Assembly: GCF_009914755.1 (NCBI RefSeq)
Contig: NC_060944.1
Reading direction: 5' to 3' (one strand)
Length of the DNA: 64,000 bases
Source: the human T2T-CHM13v2.0 reference genome, Homo sapiens
Numbering within the stretch: position 1 is the first letter of the stretch; every line of letters starts with the position of its first letter. The notes beneath the pieces were generated by a model. The model worked only from the letters and a program-made list of their open reading frames with translations, was not told where the DNA came from and did no database searches. This document shows, piece by piece, positions 61,647-64,000 of this stretch. The position numbers and the translations under genes were made by a program.

Positions 61647-61970
61647 GGCCAGGTGCGGTGGCTCACACCTGTAATCCCAGCACTTTGGGAGTCCGAGGCG
61701 GGCAGATCACCTGAGGTCAGGAGTTCGAGACCATCCTGGCCAACATGGTAAAACCCTGTCTTTACTAAAAATACAAAAAATTAGTCAGGCGTGGTGGCAG
61801 GTGCCTGTAGTCCCAGCTACTCAGGAGGCTGAGGCAAGGAGAATCGGGAGGCAAGGAGAATCTGCCTCTGGGAGGCAGAGGTTGCAGTGAGCTGAGATCG
61901 TGCCACTGCACTCCAGCCTGGTGACAGAGCGAGACTCTGTCTCAATAATAATAATAATAATAATAATAAA
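61647..61970 (+). mobile_element. Alu with (AAT)n tail and a small internal duplication (GAGGCAAGGAGAATC x2)
   Basis: GGCCAGGTGCGGTGGCTCACACC...; duplication at ~61831-61862. Confidence 0.92.
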
Positions 61971-62055
61971 CATTTTTGGAGGACTTTACTATGTGCCAGG
62001 TACTGTTCTACACTCTGTATATGGATGATCTCATTTAATCCTTTCAAAGCCCTAT
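61971..62055 (-). mobile_element. MIR-like SINE fragment
   Basis: TTACTATGTGCCAGGTACTGTTCTA...ATCTCATTTAATCCT core; orientation tentative. Confidence 0.55.
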
Positions 62056-62351
62056 TAAAAACCATCCCATCATTTGTACAACAGGTCCTATCCCATTGTG
62101 CAGTAGTTAGCTCAAACATGAAAAAGGTAAATCATATCTAAAGCATTGTGAATAATTTAAGCAAATTATGCTTTTTAATAAAGGTTACACTAAAAAGGTC
62201 ATTGCAATAAGCACTTAATTTAAGTAATTGTTACACAGGTTCCTATTTCAGAGCTGGAGGACTTTGCATCTCTAGGATAATTTTCCCACATTAAAAAATG
62301 CATGCATATGCTACGAACACCAAGTCTTCTCATTTTGCCTATTTTATTTAC

Positions 62352-62600
62352 CGTATCAGTTAAGAATGCATTCAGCTGCAAGTAACAGAATCCTGACCCA
62401 GAGTGGCACGGACAAACAGAAGTTTATATCCACTTATCAAGAATTCTAGAGGTAGGTGGTTCCTGTTATTTCAGCAGCTCATCAATGGCAGGACTAATGT
62501 GTCCACAATTCTCTTGGCTTCTCTCTCATGGTTGCAAGACAGTATCACAGAACAGCTGAAGGCAGAAGAGGAAGGGAGAGACAACCCAAACTAATCTCTT
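62352..62600. mobile_element. Old MaLR (MLT1-like) LTR fragment
   Basis: GTATCAGTTAAGAATGCATTCAGCTGCAAGTAACAGA resembles an MLT1 terminus. Confidence 0.45.
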
Positions 62601-62669
62601 TTGTCCTCTTTTTGTCAGTGTTTCATAGAGGCCTCTTCATTCATGCTTCACCATGTGAAATACACATAG

Positions 62670-63086
<417 letters not shown>

Positions 63087-63128
63087 GTATCTTTTCAATA
63101 ACACTATTATGCATACACACATAGATAG

Positions 63129-63476
<348 letters not shown>

Positions 63477-63479
63477 TGA

Positions 63480-64000
63480 CGGAACATCTGAAAAAAACAT
63501 ATCCAATGCCTGTAGTTTTAAGGCTTAGGGAAGATATTAGGGGGAATAAAACCCTTTCAAGTCATAAGAGAACAATTTGCATAATTCTACGTAAATAAGT
63601 TAGAAAGCCTAGATGAAATAGAAAATCATCCAAAAAAATACTTCTTACCAAAATTGACCCCAGCAGAGACATCATAAATCTAAGCTGACCAGTTACCATA
63701 GAAAAACACAAAGCACAGTGAGAGGCCTCCATGACAAAAAGGCTCCAGACTCTCGCTGGGATGGGAAGCTAATGACAAGAAGGAAACATGAGGGAAACTT
63801 CTGGGGTGCTAGCAAGTTTCTATTCTTGATCTAAATGCTGGTTAAACAAATATATCCCATTTGAGAAAATTCATTTGACTGTACACTTAGGATTTGGAAC
63901 TTTTTAGTACATGTATTATATATATATATATTTTTTTTTAATGAGGAAAAGGAAAAAGGCACCAGGCCCAGGTGGTTTCACAGGGGAATTATATTAAACC
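63480..64000 (+). mobile_element. Ancient L1 fragments
   Basis: A-rich; CTAGATGAAAT...ACCAAAATTGACCC and CCAGGCCCAGGTGGTTTCACAGGGGAATT resemble L1 ORF2. Confidence 0.5.

Overview
This window is the human (primate) imprinted GNAS complex locus on the + strand. It runs from the XLalphas first exon (385-2452, with ALEX in the +1 frame) through the A20/A21 cassette exons, a ~33 kb intron, the A/B (1A) first exon and its CpG island, Gs-alpha exon 1, and shared exons 2-13 (stop at 57956, poly(A) region ~58.3 kb). An intronic N1-type terminal exon lies between exons 3 and 4, and repeat-rich flank follows the gene. All 13 Gs-alpha exons were placed by GT-AG boundaries and sum to 1185 nt (394 aa); XL plus exons 2-13 gives 1037 aa. 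The NESP55 exon and GNAS-AS1 promoter are not seen and presumably lie upstream. The best candidate for something undescribed is a 285-codon ORF (37005-37862) between exon A/B and Gs-alpha exon 1. It has a GCCACCATG start and strong codon periodicity, and splicing exon A/B to an acceptor at 36823 would build an in-frame AT|G. A hairpin also pairs two competing A/B splice donors, and a GUG in a consensus Kozak context could extend ALEX. Novelty could not be checked against databases, and repeat boundaries and families are by-eye calls.
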